Source of the DNA: Callorhinchus milii
Taxonomy: Eukaryota
Assembly (NCBI RefSeq): GCF_018977255.1
Contig: NW_024704743.1
Coordinates: forward strand, 70,434,001 to 70,498,000
Direction of reading: 5' to 3'
DNA: 64,000 nt
Below the pieces are notes generated by a model. That model was not told the origin of the DNA. It ran no database searches and saw only the letters and a list, made by a program, of their open reading frames with translations. Of this stretch, positions 1 to 12,462 are shown one piece after another; the stretch's first letter is position 1, and each line of letters starts with the position of its first letter. The translations under genes were made by a program, and so were the position numbers.

Positions 1-116
1 ACCCACAAAATATACAGTCAATTCACTTTACAGTACGTTCTGTGAAGCGCTTTGAGATGTCTAACAGATGTGATAAGATGCTATATCAAATGCAAGGATT
101 AATATTTACTATTATT
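1..116 (+). mobile_element. SINE 3' end (truncated by the window edge)
   Basis: CCCACAAAATATACAGTCAATTCACTTTAC...ATCAAATGCAAGGATT, as in the full-length copies. Confidence 0.85.
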
Positions 117-689
117 CACTCCGCCAATCTAAAAAATCTGCAAGAACCTCTTGGCTCTTCTCCTCCCCCAAAATAATATTCCTTGCATTTTTAAAGCAAT
201 ATAATACCCTAATTATTTTTATAAATGTTAAAAGGAACTGGCATAATTTTAGTCAATCACTCAAGTTCTCAGCACTTTTCCCCACAGGGTGTGTAAAAAA
301 AAAACCACACTGGTAATCTCCAAACTGAACGATTAAAAAAATGAAAAGGATGGCTAAACGTCTCAGTAAAGCACTTCTTTTAGTGCTTTCAAACTGTGCA
401 GTTTTTGCTTGGCAGATCTAACATCTGCAAACATGATTCTTTTGAATATTTTTTAATTGCTGAAGTTGACAACATAGAATAAATGTGAGAAAGGTACAGA
501 GAAAAAGAAATTAAATGAAAATCATAATATATCATGCTGAAGAACAAAATATCCTTTGAAAGAAAAAATAATTGCCAAATAAAGTACTGCATTTCTTAAT
601 TGGTGAAGTGATGGAGAATTTTGTCTCAAAATAGATTTATGAGGGGCAACGGGGAGAAAAATAAAAGTAGGGCATTTTCAAAAAGTTAC

Positions 690-899
690 CTGTTGAGGAC
701 GACCGGGAGAACTTATCAAAGGCGCAGATCCCATCCCTGAGGCTGCATTGAGGCTTCTCTCCCTTTCATCCTGGTAAATACGGTCCCTTTCTGCTTCAGG
801 AAGGATCAGAAAGTTCTGCATTGCCCTCAGGTTGACCAGCAAAGACTGTGAGGCCATCTTTGGGTCTTCTTCCTTTCTAAGGATTTCAGACAGCAGACC
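690..899 (-). CDS. SATB1: SATB1 exon 8: [70 protein letters not shown] (C-terminal half of CUT1)
   Basis: Lies within ORF 678..938. Splice sites ttgcag|GGT and CAG|gtaact; 210 nt; phase 0 to 0. Confidence 0.97.
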
Positions 900-3800
900 C
901 TGCAAAAAGTACAAACAAGATAATGGTATTTTTGTCAACTGAACTTGACCAGCGACTGCTAATTATTCACTCACTGCATTGCTGGAGATTCAGTGAACCT
1001 TCAATGGCACTAAGAATACATTAGTGCTCAATTAGGTACTTTGAAAGAAAGACCCGATTGTATCCCTAATTTTATAACTGTCTTCTCTAGCAGTGCACGC
1101 ACATTCATGGCGTAAAACAGAAAATAGATGATCACTATACAGTCCTTCCACAAACTTAAAGTGGAAAAACAACTACTCAATTGTGAAAGGCTAAATATAA
1201 GAGATGCTACTGAAATAGTAAGCGAACAGCTTTTCAGTTTTAATGAGGGCAATTTTTACTACAAATCATATGCATTTTTTTTCTTCCAAACAGGTTTCTC
1301 TGCACATTCTTCAGAAACTAAAATATATTAACAATTTTTGAAGTAGTAAACATACTTCCATGAAAAAAATGTATTTTAAAAACAAAAAGTACTTTCTGCC
1401 AGGAAGCAAATAATTGGCAAAAGGAAACAAAACCCAATTATTTTCTGATGTTTCTGAGGTATGTGCCTACAAGAAAACATTTCTGCAAGGCGTCTGACGA
1501 GTATGGAACACTCACTATGTGCATAAATGTTAATGTCTTTCATTGTCATCCGCTTATGGATTCTACTCTAGATGTAGAAAGACGCCCATGAAAAAGGTTA
1601 CATTTTTTAATATCTTAATAGATACAAATGTTAGTTGACGTCAGCTGCTGAGATTGCACAAATTCTTTGTTCATACATACACAAATACCTAAAAGAGAGA
1701 TCGATGTAGTTCTCAGAAAGCTTCTCTTATTAATTATTTGCATCAGTTATACTTCTATAACTTTAAAGTGCAGGTAACATATTGTTGCAAAGTGATGCCG
1801 AGCGAGTGTTAGAATACACTTCAGTAACTCCTAAGCAGATGCCAAATAAACCACAGGGTACTGATTCTGCAACAAAAAAGATTTGTTCCTTATAGACCTG
1901 ACTGTGCATAAAATGGCTGACTACCTTTAATGCTCATTTTGGAACAGTCACCATGCTTTTAACCACTTTATGGATGGTTGCAGCTGTGCACAGGACCATT
2001 ATCTGGTTTGCAATAAAAAAGGGGGAAGGGAAAGCTAAGAATTTGGAGCAATACCCCATGTTATTAAAAATGCAATCCATGGCCAATTGTTAATTTCACA
2101 ACACTGAAAATGAACCATCCAGTGAATCCTATATAGTCCCAAATTGATTACTCAGATGTCAGTAAAGAGATTGCTGCAATCACATTTAAATGAAAAAAAC
2201 ATTATTACGATCAAACTAGCAACATAAATTCAAACATAGGTAAAGAGATAATTTTATATGCCTTTGCAAAACTAAAGAGAAAAGGCAAATTTACCTTATC
2301 CTTGATAATCCTTCATACAGAGTTGTGCAAATCAACTTCATTACAATTTGTGATCAATTAATCTATCTCATCAAGCCAATCAGTGTGGACAAGTACAGTA
2401 CACATTTGTTGTTCCGATCCTCTTCTACAAATGACTAGTAATACTGCTGGCATAACAAAACAAATACTTTTTATCTTTAGCTTATTAGATGGAAAATGCA
2501 TGCATGTACTGACTGAAAATGTCATCTCAATTTGTAGGGTGTTCAACTCGGCGTGAAGCATCAATACATTAATGTGCGAGACACTGATCACACATTTAAC
2601 CTGGAAGTTGTACATTTTTATAATAGTTTAATGTAAACTGATAGTCAATTGATTATTCTAATAATCTACCAAACTATTCAATTAACAAAATAATCCATTG
2701 CCACATCCTTGATCTTAATAGAACACAGTCCATAAATTCTTTCTCTTGATTAGATCAACTTTACTAATGTTGAGTAAATAAAATATGAAAATATGCAAGC
2801 ATCCTCAGTAAATGTACAAATTGTTCTTCATTAGTTTAATGAAATATGCTTAACAATCCTCACACTGAACAATTTTGTACTGGCTGGCTAGCAATTCCAC
2901 TTTCAGCTTGCAAGCAGTTATCTAAATATGGTTTTGAGAGTCCATTAAATAAGGAGTAATTATTGAAGCAGAAAAGTACAAAGTAACAGCTGTGTTGGGT
3001 CCATTACATTTTATGAGATTTTGTGTGAATCAACTGCCCAAGAAAGAGAAAAGAGGAAAATAAATGCAAATGCCCATTTCAGATTTTCTAACATTTTCAA
3101 TGCAGTATAAGAACATTATCACACGAATATGAACAACAATAGCAACTTCAGCCTCACTACCGAATGATAACCAGATAAGTTAGCTGTGCAATACGTTACA
3201 AACACCTTCCTCCCAGATTCAATACTGACTGAAATCATAGTCATTATGTTCAGAGGAAACAACTCTGATTTTCATCAAATCTTAAGGAACGACAGTCTCA
3301 ATTCTATTTATAATCAACAATTAAGTAGGTCATATTTCATAAGTAAATTATGTGCGAAGACCCACATACTTTCATAAAGCAATGCCTGTTTCTTGATATT
3401 ATTTAAATTTGGTTTCAGATTACATGTTACTGAAATAATTTTACTAGCTGCTATCAGTAACACAGGATTACTTAATTAGAAAGGCATTTAACAAGGAAAG
3501 TGTTGAAGATGCAGTGCATCATCATTTTAAAACAGTTCGAGAATATAGTTAGCTTAAAATAAAAGCTTGTGTAAAGGAATGCAATCATTTAAGAACAATT
3601 AAATTTAACTCAAGGAGAAAAAAAAGTGTAATTCTTACAGATTAAGAGTGAGGAGTGTTAATGCTTGTAATTGTGCTCACAGTGAGTTCTTAGTCTTGGC
3701 TATGAGGTTAGGGTAGCTGCTGAACTGAGGTAAAGTGCATCCCCACAGATCAGGAAAGGTAAAAGAAAAATCAGAGAAATTCAGCCCAGGCCACCTATAT

Positions 3801-5419
3801 GCTGTTAGCTCAAAAGCAACTTGTCAGAAGTCTGCGAGGTGGTCACTACCATGTCCAAATAGCAAAAATTAATTTTAAAAAATGTAACAGTTCATTTTTG
3901 AATGAAACAAAATTGGAGTAATTTTATTTATCACTGGATTAATTGTGTTCATCCTAGCAAGACAATCTTAAAATGCAACTTTGCATTGAATACATTGACA
4001 AGTCAGTTGAGTAGAGAAGTGTTCGTTCACTGAAGGGGAACATGCAATGGGAAAATACTTTCACATACAATGGGGAAGGTAGTGTTTAGGTATTCAATTC
4101 TTTGTAAAGTGATGGAATACCAAAATGCTTACTAATAGAATTTTACATATTATACACAAGGGGGAAATTGGCCTATGCAGCCGAGGTATGAGGTTTGATT
4201 TGCATTCTACCACCCCTGGCACAATTAACATTCCCACAAGTAAAACTCAGACATGTTTCATCATTTCAAAACATAATCCTCCCCCCAAAAAGAGTCCTGT
4301 GGAGTTATGAAGCTTTAAGTTAAAACCTTTGCCAAGCTTGATTAGGGAGCGGGTGTTCAGAGAACTGAATGACAAAACAACCTGCTGCCAATCACATGGC
4401 ATTTGGGGAGAAGCTTTTACTTCTTCCCAGATCCTGTGTGATTGACAGCGGGATGATATCAACTAACTCTTTTTGATGCACATCAAGGAGGTTTAATTCA
4501 AAATATCTGAAAATCAAAGCGTGAAAAAATGCTAATTGTTTAGAGGATAAATTTACCAGGCAAGTACAGCAAACGCTTGCTATAATGCACTGCTTGGAGG
4601 CTAGCCAAGTAGAGTGTTATAGTAAAGTGCATGTTACAACAAGAATCAGTGCAACACAGTGGGGAGGTGTCTTTAATAGAACAACAGTGGACAGAAGTCT
4701 GAATAGCATCTGCACTGCTCCTTTTTGTTTGTGTCCAAGCTTTTTAAACAATTTGTCAGCAGCAGAGATTTTTTTCTGGAGACAATAATCTAAAATCTTT
4801 GGATGCCAACCCTAATCAACGTTGCCTTTAAATGTTGCACTTAATTCATGTTCCTAAACATAATAGAGATGAAATAGTTTGTGGAAGACAACCTCAAAGC
4901 CCTCAAAAGTTTCAAACTTTGAAACTCCTACCATTCTTGTCACAACTGCTAAGGAGAAACATGCGAAATTGAGTTTATTACAGAAAGTGCACCACATGAC
5001 ATGAGTGCATAAGGAAAATATATCACTTTGTGCAAAAGCATTTACCACAGCTAGATTTTATTACTTGCCAACAGTTTTCACCATGAGTATTCCTGTCTGC
5101 AGTTGGGAGGTTGAAATTCTGACTTATATACAAAGTAAAATATGTTCATTCTGACAATTTGAAACAGAGATTTTCATTTTTTCAAACTGGAAGCAGCAGC
5201 ATATGCACAAAATATGCTGTACTACACTGAAGTCCAATCTACCTTCTGATCTTCAAATGTACACCTTTGAAATTCAAAGATCAACAGAGCAATTGGAAGC
5301 CATATAGCAGGGGCTGAAGTAGCAAAGGGTGGACAATATCAGTCTGAAGACTGTTGGAACTGTGGGGTAATTGGAAGTGTTGATGGCTGATTGCCTACAA
5401 GGAGAAAGAGCACAGACAT

Positions 5420-5610
5420 CACAAGATCACAAGATTGGTTTGGATGAAGAAAGCCCTACGGCCCATCCAATCACATCCTTGCAGAACACCCTATGTGTCC
5501 CTTATAGTAACAAGTTGCTTTTTAAATGAGTCCAGTGTCCTGGCCACAACCACCCTTCCTGGCAACCTGTTCCAGTAATTGATTACCCTCTGAGTAAAGA
5601 AAAACATCTA
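5420..5610 (-). mobile_element. CR1-like LINE 3' remnant
   Basis: Similar to the 10.4-10.9 kb CR1 remnant (GAGTCCAGTGTCCTGG...CTTCCTGG...GTTCCA). Confidence 0.55.
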
Positions 5611-5650
5611 CACAGTAAAAGCTTCTAGTGGTAAAGATCTTTTCACCATT

Positions 5651-5895
5651 TAATAACAATAATAATAATAATCCTTTAATTTGGTATTGCCCCTTTCCAG
5701 GAGGATTCCCAAATCACTTCACAGGATACACTATAAAGTGTAGTGACTGTGTGATTTGTGGATGATTGTGGCAGCCAATTTCTGCACAGCAATGTCCCAC
5801 AAAGAGCCATGGAGTAAATCACCAATTTTATTTGGGGGATGGTTGGCTAGGACACCAGGAGAAATCCATTCTTTTTATGAATAGTGCCATGGGAT
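5651..5895 (-). mobile_element. Old DeuSINE (SacSINE1-like) 3' part
   Basis: (TAA)n tail, GGCAGCCAATTT..GCACAGCAATGTCCCACAAA, GGACACCAGGAGAAA..GAATAGTGCCATGGGAT. Confidence 0.75.
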
Positions 5896-6641
5896 ATGAT
5901 GATATTGGACAAACCCTGGTAAAATAACCTAATATCTGAACATTTTAATATGGCTATAAATCCATTCAGCATGCCCCACAAAATAGCAACACATCCAAAT
6001 GAATAGTCCACTACAGCTCCAAATCACAATTCTTAAAATGCAAGGCATTACAGCTTTAATACATGGAAGCATTAAACTTAACTTCTTTATATAAAATAAG
6101 CAACAACAAAACAACACAATTATATTTGTATAGCGCCTTTCATGTTGGGAGGACAGCCAAGGTGTCAAAAGCAGAACAGAATACTCAGCAATCAACCTAG
6201 AATCAGGGAAACATTCTAATCTTTTACTTTCTTTTTTAACCAAATATTATTTTTTCAAAATCTCAAGCAAATTAATTATTTAAAAAATCTTGACAATTTC
6301 CCACTCTCTTACACACTCAGTGTTAGAGTTTGTAGTGACAATCTTATGCTTGATCTAATATATTTATTTGGAAAACTAAGTTTTCAGTTTTAAGTTTCCA
6401 CAAACTCAGCTCATTTCTTTGCTGCTGCAAAACTACAACTTGATTTTGTTTTAAAAATCATGAACATTTTCAAGCAAGGCAATGTATAACTAGTTGGAAT
6501 GCACAAACAAATCCATTATGTTCAACTGTGATTCAATTCATGCTTGCACAAGCAAATAACCTTTTTTTCAAAAAGTTACTCATGAAAAGTGGCCTTATTT
6601 ATGTCTGCATTGGGCCATTATTTCATAAAAATGGAGGAATG

Positions 6642-7220
6642 TGTCACAAGGATGTGGGTTCAAGCCCCTTGTCAGGACTTTGAACTTATATAGTCTAGGA
6701 TGACACTTCAATGCAGTGCTGAGCATGCAGTCCTCATACAATTTGAGCTGCATTGTTGGTGGTATTGAGCTGTTATGGCCGTTAAACCGAGGTCCCTGTT
6801 CGGGTGGATGTAAAACATCACTTGGCCCTATTAATAATAATGATAATCCTTGCATTTTTGTTGCAGAATCAGTGTCCTGTGGTTTATTTGGCATTTGCTT
6901 TATATAGTACTTTATCAAAGTTTCAAAGTGCTTCACAGAATATACTGTAAAGTGAATTGGCTGTATATTTTGTGGGCAAAACGTGGCAGCCAATTGCGCA
7001 CAGCAGTGTCCCACAAACAGTCGTGGATTGAGTGACCAATTTATTATTTATTTTATTACCAATTTATTCAAAAAGAGAACAGAGTTTTTCCTAGTGTCGT
7101 GGGCAACAATCACCCGAGTACAATTGATTCATTCACCATGGCCGTTTGTTGTTCGTTGCTGTGCGCAAATTGGCGGCCACATTCACCTACACAATACACA
7201 CATCACTGCACTTTATAGTA
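6642..7220 (+). mobile_element. Old DeuSINE (+) interrupted by a younger SINE 3' fragment (-, ~6832-7060)
   Basis: Head and GTTAAACCGAGG..GGTGGATGTAAAA lie before 6830. The Deu-like sequence resumes at ~7066 (AAAAGAGAAC..GCTGTGCGCAAATTGGC). A reverse-strand SINE tail lies between. Confidence 0.75.
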
Positions 7221-7823
7221 TATATCCAGCAACAAGAAATCTGATGGACATCTGGAAAAGTATACAACTTATTTGAATCACACATAAAAAAGTTGCAATT
7301 TACATGACTAAATAAAATCATCAACCTTAAACTCTACTGGTACTTTTGCCTTAAATTGAAACTTAAACCATCCGTCACAGCTAAATCCACATACTGGATT
7401 ATTTTAAGGAAAATTTTTATGCCTTCTTCCCAAAATCAAATTTTACTAGAACATTGTAAAATAATTTTACATACATTTCATATATATACTACATACCTTA
7501 GCTAGTAATTAACTGTGGACTGTAATGTAATAACTTTTTTGAATATATTACAATCATGAATTCTTCAATGAGGACGCAACAGCCGATTATAGATAAACAG
7601 ACTGTCCGCAATGTCTACAATGATATTCGTGATCAGCTCAAGCTCTTCATCTCCAACTGATGGAACCATCATTCAATAGGAAGAGATGTGTGCCGAGCTA
7701 TGGACCGGAAGATAGTGGTAATGCTCTCATATATTTCATGCTGAGGTACATTGCTCACCACACAGTTCCTGGTCCTGTGAGGGCTCAACCCTTGCTTGTC
7801 GGATATCAAATTACCAACAAGCA

Positions 7824-8400
7824 ACTATTCTCCTGGGAGAGGGGGCAGGTAAGCAGAGTCTCCTTAGAGCTGAACTGGCACCAAGGTGGCATGCTTGCTA
7901 ATGGAATGTCAGAATCAAGTCAACCCTCTGTGGAGGTCTCAGTAGTCCAGTTCCTGAGCCAGGCGGGTCTGCAGTAATCCTGGGCACTGCTGATGACAGC
8001 ACAGCCAGCTTGGATCATCAGTAAAACCGAGAGGGGCAGATCAACTCAGATCCTGTTGAGTTGCAAGCCAGAGCCCTAATGGGTAGGCTAGTCCTAGTTG
8101 GACAAGCAGCAGGAAAGCTTGCAAGACAGTGCTTTCAATGACAAGCTATGCGGTTTTAGTTGGTTAGACTCCAGCAGTACCCCAATGTACACTCTCGGGT
8201 CCCCAAGCCTTGGCTCTTGTCAACCTGTGACTATTGCTTTCTGCAATTAGGTAAGCAGGATGCATCCCTCCAGGGAGAGAGTGTGCATTCCATTCCAATA
8301 CACAGGAATTTCCATGTATAGGTCAGATGTATGGAGCTCTCAGTTTGGTTTTGATACTCTTAACCATGGTTTCTGCATGTGTCAGATACCCGCTGAAAAC
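7824..8400 (+). repeat. Unclassified diverged repeat, copy A (inverted partner at 14026-14514)
   Basis: Several collinear blocks match the reverse complement of 14026-14514, e.g. AATTAGGTAAGCAG at 8245-8258 vs 14138-14151. Confidence 0.75.
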
Positions 8401-9852
8401 AATATCAGCAACAATAACAAAATAAACACAAAATCTACTCCACAAACTATTCAATATTGTAAAAGCGCCTTTGAAAGTCCTCCCAACGGGAAAGGCAATC
8501 TATAAATGTAAATCTGTAGTTCATTGTATTATGTAGTATTAAGATGATGGAAATGATTTCAAGCAATAATCTCAATGAGAAGCTCAGATAAATTGTTACA
8601 AACTGCTTGGTCTTTGCTCTTGATATCATCTCAACCACTTTCATTAAAATTGCTGCTTTGTAAACACTTCCATGTGTTCAGTATTTTCCGTAATCCTTCA
8701 TATGTTGACCACACATATGTAGGATTTTCAGCCATAGTTTTCAGAAAAAGGAAAAAATAACATACATAAAACATAAAAGGATAAAATTACATACATAAAA
8801 CATAACATAAAAAATATAATATAAAAAGTATAACATAAAATTGTGAACAAAGACAAAAACATTCTAACTGTAGAAGCTGGAATAAACTTTCAATAGTTCT
8901 GAATAACAGCCAACGGAAGCTAAGAAAAATAATAAAATGCTTGCTATGTTGAGAGAAAACTAAACTACTAGGTTACTGATTTTTGTAGCCTGTACAGATT
9001 TACTGCCCAATCAGTCAGGTCTGCACTCTAAGCATATTTAACCAACTACATGGTTGCTCCTTGTGTGTTTTAGCATCTTCAAAATAAAAGAACTTTCACA
9101 GGAAGGTTTACTTTTTTGTGAACGTGTCCTATTATTTCTAAATTAGTTTAAAAAGAATTACAAAAAAGGTTCTCTTGAGCAGAATATATATATAACAGCC
9201 ACTTCAGTAACTCTGGTGTATGAATGCGGAGTTGATTACAAACCAACATTTAAATGGGGCACAGACTGTTGACATATAAGTTAGAGGCCAGAACATATCT
9301 CATCTTCTATGAAGGGGGTGGGAGGGAGAATTCTAAAATAAATTTTGTTTCTTACAGTTTTGCAGCTGTATAGTGCTATCTCCAGTCATTGAAATGTAAT
9401 TGAAGAAAAAGATTACTCAAATTTTATATTTCGTATCTTGCTAAAAAAAACAAGTTGTCACACGTTAAGTTTAATCGTATGGCAAAAGAAATGTAGAATG
9501 AAACCTTACCAAATTCCTTCAAAAGCTGTTTGCAATTATGAAAACAAAGAGTTGATAAATTGAGAGGGTCTGTTGATATACATAAAAACATGGTCTGTCT
9601 GGTCTCATAACTTTAAAGATGTAGTTACCGATTCAAATAGATTTTATCAGCTTCAGAGAACATCAAAGGCAGTGAAAAGGTCTGTGGTTTGCTGAAACCT
9701 TTCTAAAAATTGCAGAATGTCTTCACATTACCTTTCCTTGTACTAAAACTGAAATATTTTTTTCTGATGGTGCAGGTAAACCGTGAAAAGGCTCCACCTA
9801 CTGTTTTGGAGTTCCGCCAAGTACACAATAGAAAATAATTTTTACGTCTCAC

Positions 9853-10316
9853 CTGAGTTCGGTTAAAAGCCACACGAGCGAACACTGCCTGGGAGATGCC
9901 TGCTCGCTTCAGCTCGTCACGAACCCACTGGTAGATTTCGGAAGACACTTCAGCATTTGACGAAGTCTGTTGTTCTAAAGGTTTGTTCATGGTTCGGTTG
10001 ACTGGTGGGTGGTTCAGATATTGCTGATTCAGGGATTGCTGTGCCAGAAGTCTGTTGACAGCAAATTGTTGATTTAATATCTGGGCCATAACCAGCTGTT
10101 GGTTGACCAGCTGTGGGCTAAGTGGTGCAGGTATAAGTCCAGGGTGCAGGTTGGAAAGCTGGGATCGGGCAGGGGTCTGTCCACTGTGCGGAAGCTGAAC
10201 AGGAGATGGCGGCTGGGCCAGTTCAGTACCATTTCCAGGGACTGATGGTGGTCCAAAATTTATATGGTTTGTTCCTGACTGAGAAACGGATAGTTCAGAC
10301 ATGGTCTCCATCTCAG
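9853..10316 (-). CDS. SATB1: SATB1 exon 7: AEMETMSEL...P/Q-rich linker...[33 protein letters not shown] (N-terminal half of CUT1)
   Basis: Lies within ORF 9703..10497. Splice sites ctctag|CT and CAG|gtgaga; 464 nt; phase 1 to 0. Confidence 0.97.
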
Positions 10317-10439
10317 CTAGAGCAACAAAAAAACAAAAGTCAGAAACAAAATACAAACTGAAAATTATACATATGAGAAGCATTGACCCTTCAGGATCTT
10401 CATACATTTTGCATATTGCTCTCTTATAACACTTTTGTA

Positions 10440-10870
10440 AGGCAATTTGCTTAATTATCACAAAAGAGGTTTGGGTGAAGAACGCCCTTTGGTTCATTTA
10501 ATTTCACTACTCCAGAATATTCAACCTCCCATCACACCATCTAGCAGTTTTTTTAAAAAAATTGAGTCCAGTGTCCTGGTCTCAACCAACCTTCCTGGTA
10601 AACCAGTTCCAATTGTTAATTGCTCTCTAGGTAAATAAATATTCCTGATGACTGTCCTGAAATTGTCCTTTGCAACTCTAAATTTAAGTTCTCTTAGAAG
10701 TATTGTTCTGATTTTACTTTCTTAATCCGATTGAAAATCTTATATATCTCTATGAAGTGCCCTCTGAGACAGCTGTTTTAAGATTGAAGAGCCCTAGCCA
10801 GCCTAATGATTGCTCATAGCTCACTTCTCTAACACTGGGGATCATCCTCACTGAATTCTAATGTTTTCCT
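10440..10870 (-). mobile_element. CR1 LINE 3' remnant
   Basis: Reverse strand resembles the decayed CR1 ORF2 C-terminus and 3' UTR seen intact at 53.2-53.7 kb. Confidence 0.6.
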
Positions 10871-11149
10871 TTAGAAGTATAAAAGGACATTTTCCTATAG
10901 GAAAATACCTACCATGACTGAAGACCAAAATTATATTAACTTTCATAATCATCGATGGCTGGTGTAAAAACATTTGAAAATGCAGCACAAGTGAATCATT
11001 CATTGAAGGAGGTTATAACCAGTTATAATATATCACAATTTTTTAAAAAACCTTATAGTTTATTAGATTAATTGAATTATCAAACCAGCTAATAGACAGA
11101 TTCCACAAAATTGCTGAAAAGACCTTTTGTTTATAATTTCTGGTTCTGG

Positions 11150-11450
11150 TCCCAGTCTGGTCATTTTGGGATGTGGTTTAGTAAGCACTGGCTGCCCTCC
11201 GGTATCCCACCCATGTAGCTATGTGTGAGGCCTTGGCAGTGAATGCCACTTGACTGTATAGGGGATGACAGCTGAGCATGACTTCCCTTCACCCAACTGC
11301 CACAAAGATGCACTACCGGAAAAGGGTACTATACAGGGACCTTGAATAGGAACACTGGCTATTTTTCTCCATAACATTGGAATAGCCAGAGCCAACTTAG
11401 CAGCCCTTGCTGAGACCAACACAGAATTTGAACCCACGAACTTCACATCC
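11150..11450 (-). mobile_element. Ancient diverged SINE-like repeat (related copies at ~34450-34720 and ~55410-55700)
   Basis: B-box-like GGGTTCAAAT on the minus strand; shares GAAAA..GTTCC and G(A/G)TACCNGA blocks with the other copies. Confidence 0.45.
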
Positions 11451-11456
11451 ATATGT

Positions 11457-11835
11457 GGATTCCTGTAGCTCAGTGGTTAGAGCACTCGCCTCGTAAGCAA
11501 GAGACCTGGGCTTGATTCCTGGCAGGGCGAAATGTTGGGCAAGTTTTCTTACTCCACACACATCTGTTTATCTAGCAGCAAGTAGGAACCCAGTTGTTAG
11601 TCAATTAGCGGATCGCTTTCAGGGGATAATAATCCTTCAAGAAAAAAACAATAATAATTTGGTCACTCAATCCACGATTGTTTGTGGGATACTGTTGTGC
11701 ACAATTGGCTGCCGCGCTTCACCCACAAATATACAGTCAATTCACTTTACAGTATATTTTGTGAAGCGCTTTGAGATGTCTAGAAGACGTGAAAAGAACT
11801 ATATCAAATGCGAGGATTATTATCATTATTATTGT
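11457..11835 (+). mobile_element. tRNA-derived SINE, long subfamily (extra internal AAGTAGGAACCCAGTTGTTAGTC segment)
   Basis: A-box TAGCTCAGTGG, B-box-like sequence, Deu-like core, L2-type 3' end, (TTA)n tail. Confidence 0.9.
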
Positions 11836-12259
11836 TATAAGCTGTTGCTCTATCCATTACATCACACTGATTTCTGAACAACCCTTCTTATTATCAACAG
11901 TTGGGATAAAAATATTTTTTATATTGCACTTTTAAAATAGTAGAATTTAGCATTCAACTAAACCTCCAGCACTAACCTTTGATACCAAATCAACCTACCA
12001 CTATATAACACCTTAAGACTTCCTTAAATTGAATCATTGCAACAGCATACTTTAAAAACAACAGCTTATAAGAAGAATAAGAAAGAGATCACATAGTCAA
12101 AAATCAATCAACATATCCATTTGCTTGCTACATCTATCTATACAATAGGTATTAAATGAAGTATGTATCATTATTTTTGTGAACCGCACAGATCAATTGT
12201 GATCAGTTGTGATCAGACAGAGAACACAACAGTAAACTGGTTAAAGACCAGCTAAAGAC

Positions 12260-12462
12260 CTTGGGACGTCCTCTCGACATGAAAGGCGCTCTATAAATGA
12301 AATTGTGTTGTTGTTGTTGTCGGCTAAAGACCTTTTTTTCCGACCGCGCCTTTGGTCACCTTCTTCCCCGTCCCCCTGGCTTGGCCCCGGGATCTGTTAT
12401 TGTGAAGCGCTCTGAGACGCCGTCCGGCGTGGAGGGCACTACATAAACCCAAGTTGTTGTTG
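12260..12462 (+). mobile_element. Two adjacent short L2 3'-end fragments
   Basis: GGGACGTCC..GAAAGGCGCTCTATAAATG(TTG)n, then GAAGCGCTCTGAGACGCCGTCCGGCGTGGAGGGCACTAC..(TTG)n. Confidence 0.7.

Noticed and set aside
8752..8842. G-poor ATC-type tract resembling a SATB1-binding base-unpairing region (autoregulation)
   Set aside because: It is a degenerate (CATAAAA)n repeat like the CR1-type tails, and such tracts are common in AT-rich introns.
9703..10497. 264-aa ORF as a single-exon gene
   Set aside because: Only 9853-10316 is exonic; the rest is intron read-through beyond clear splice sites.
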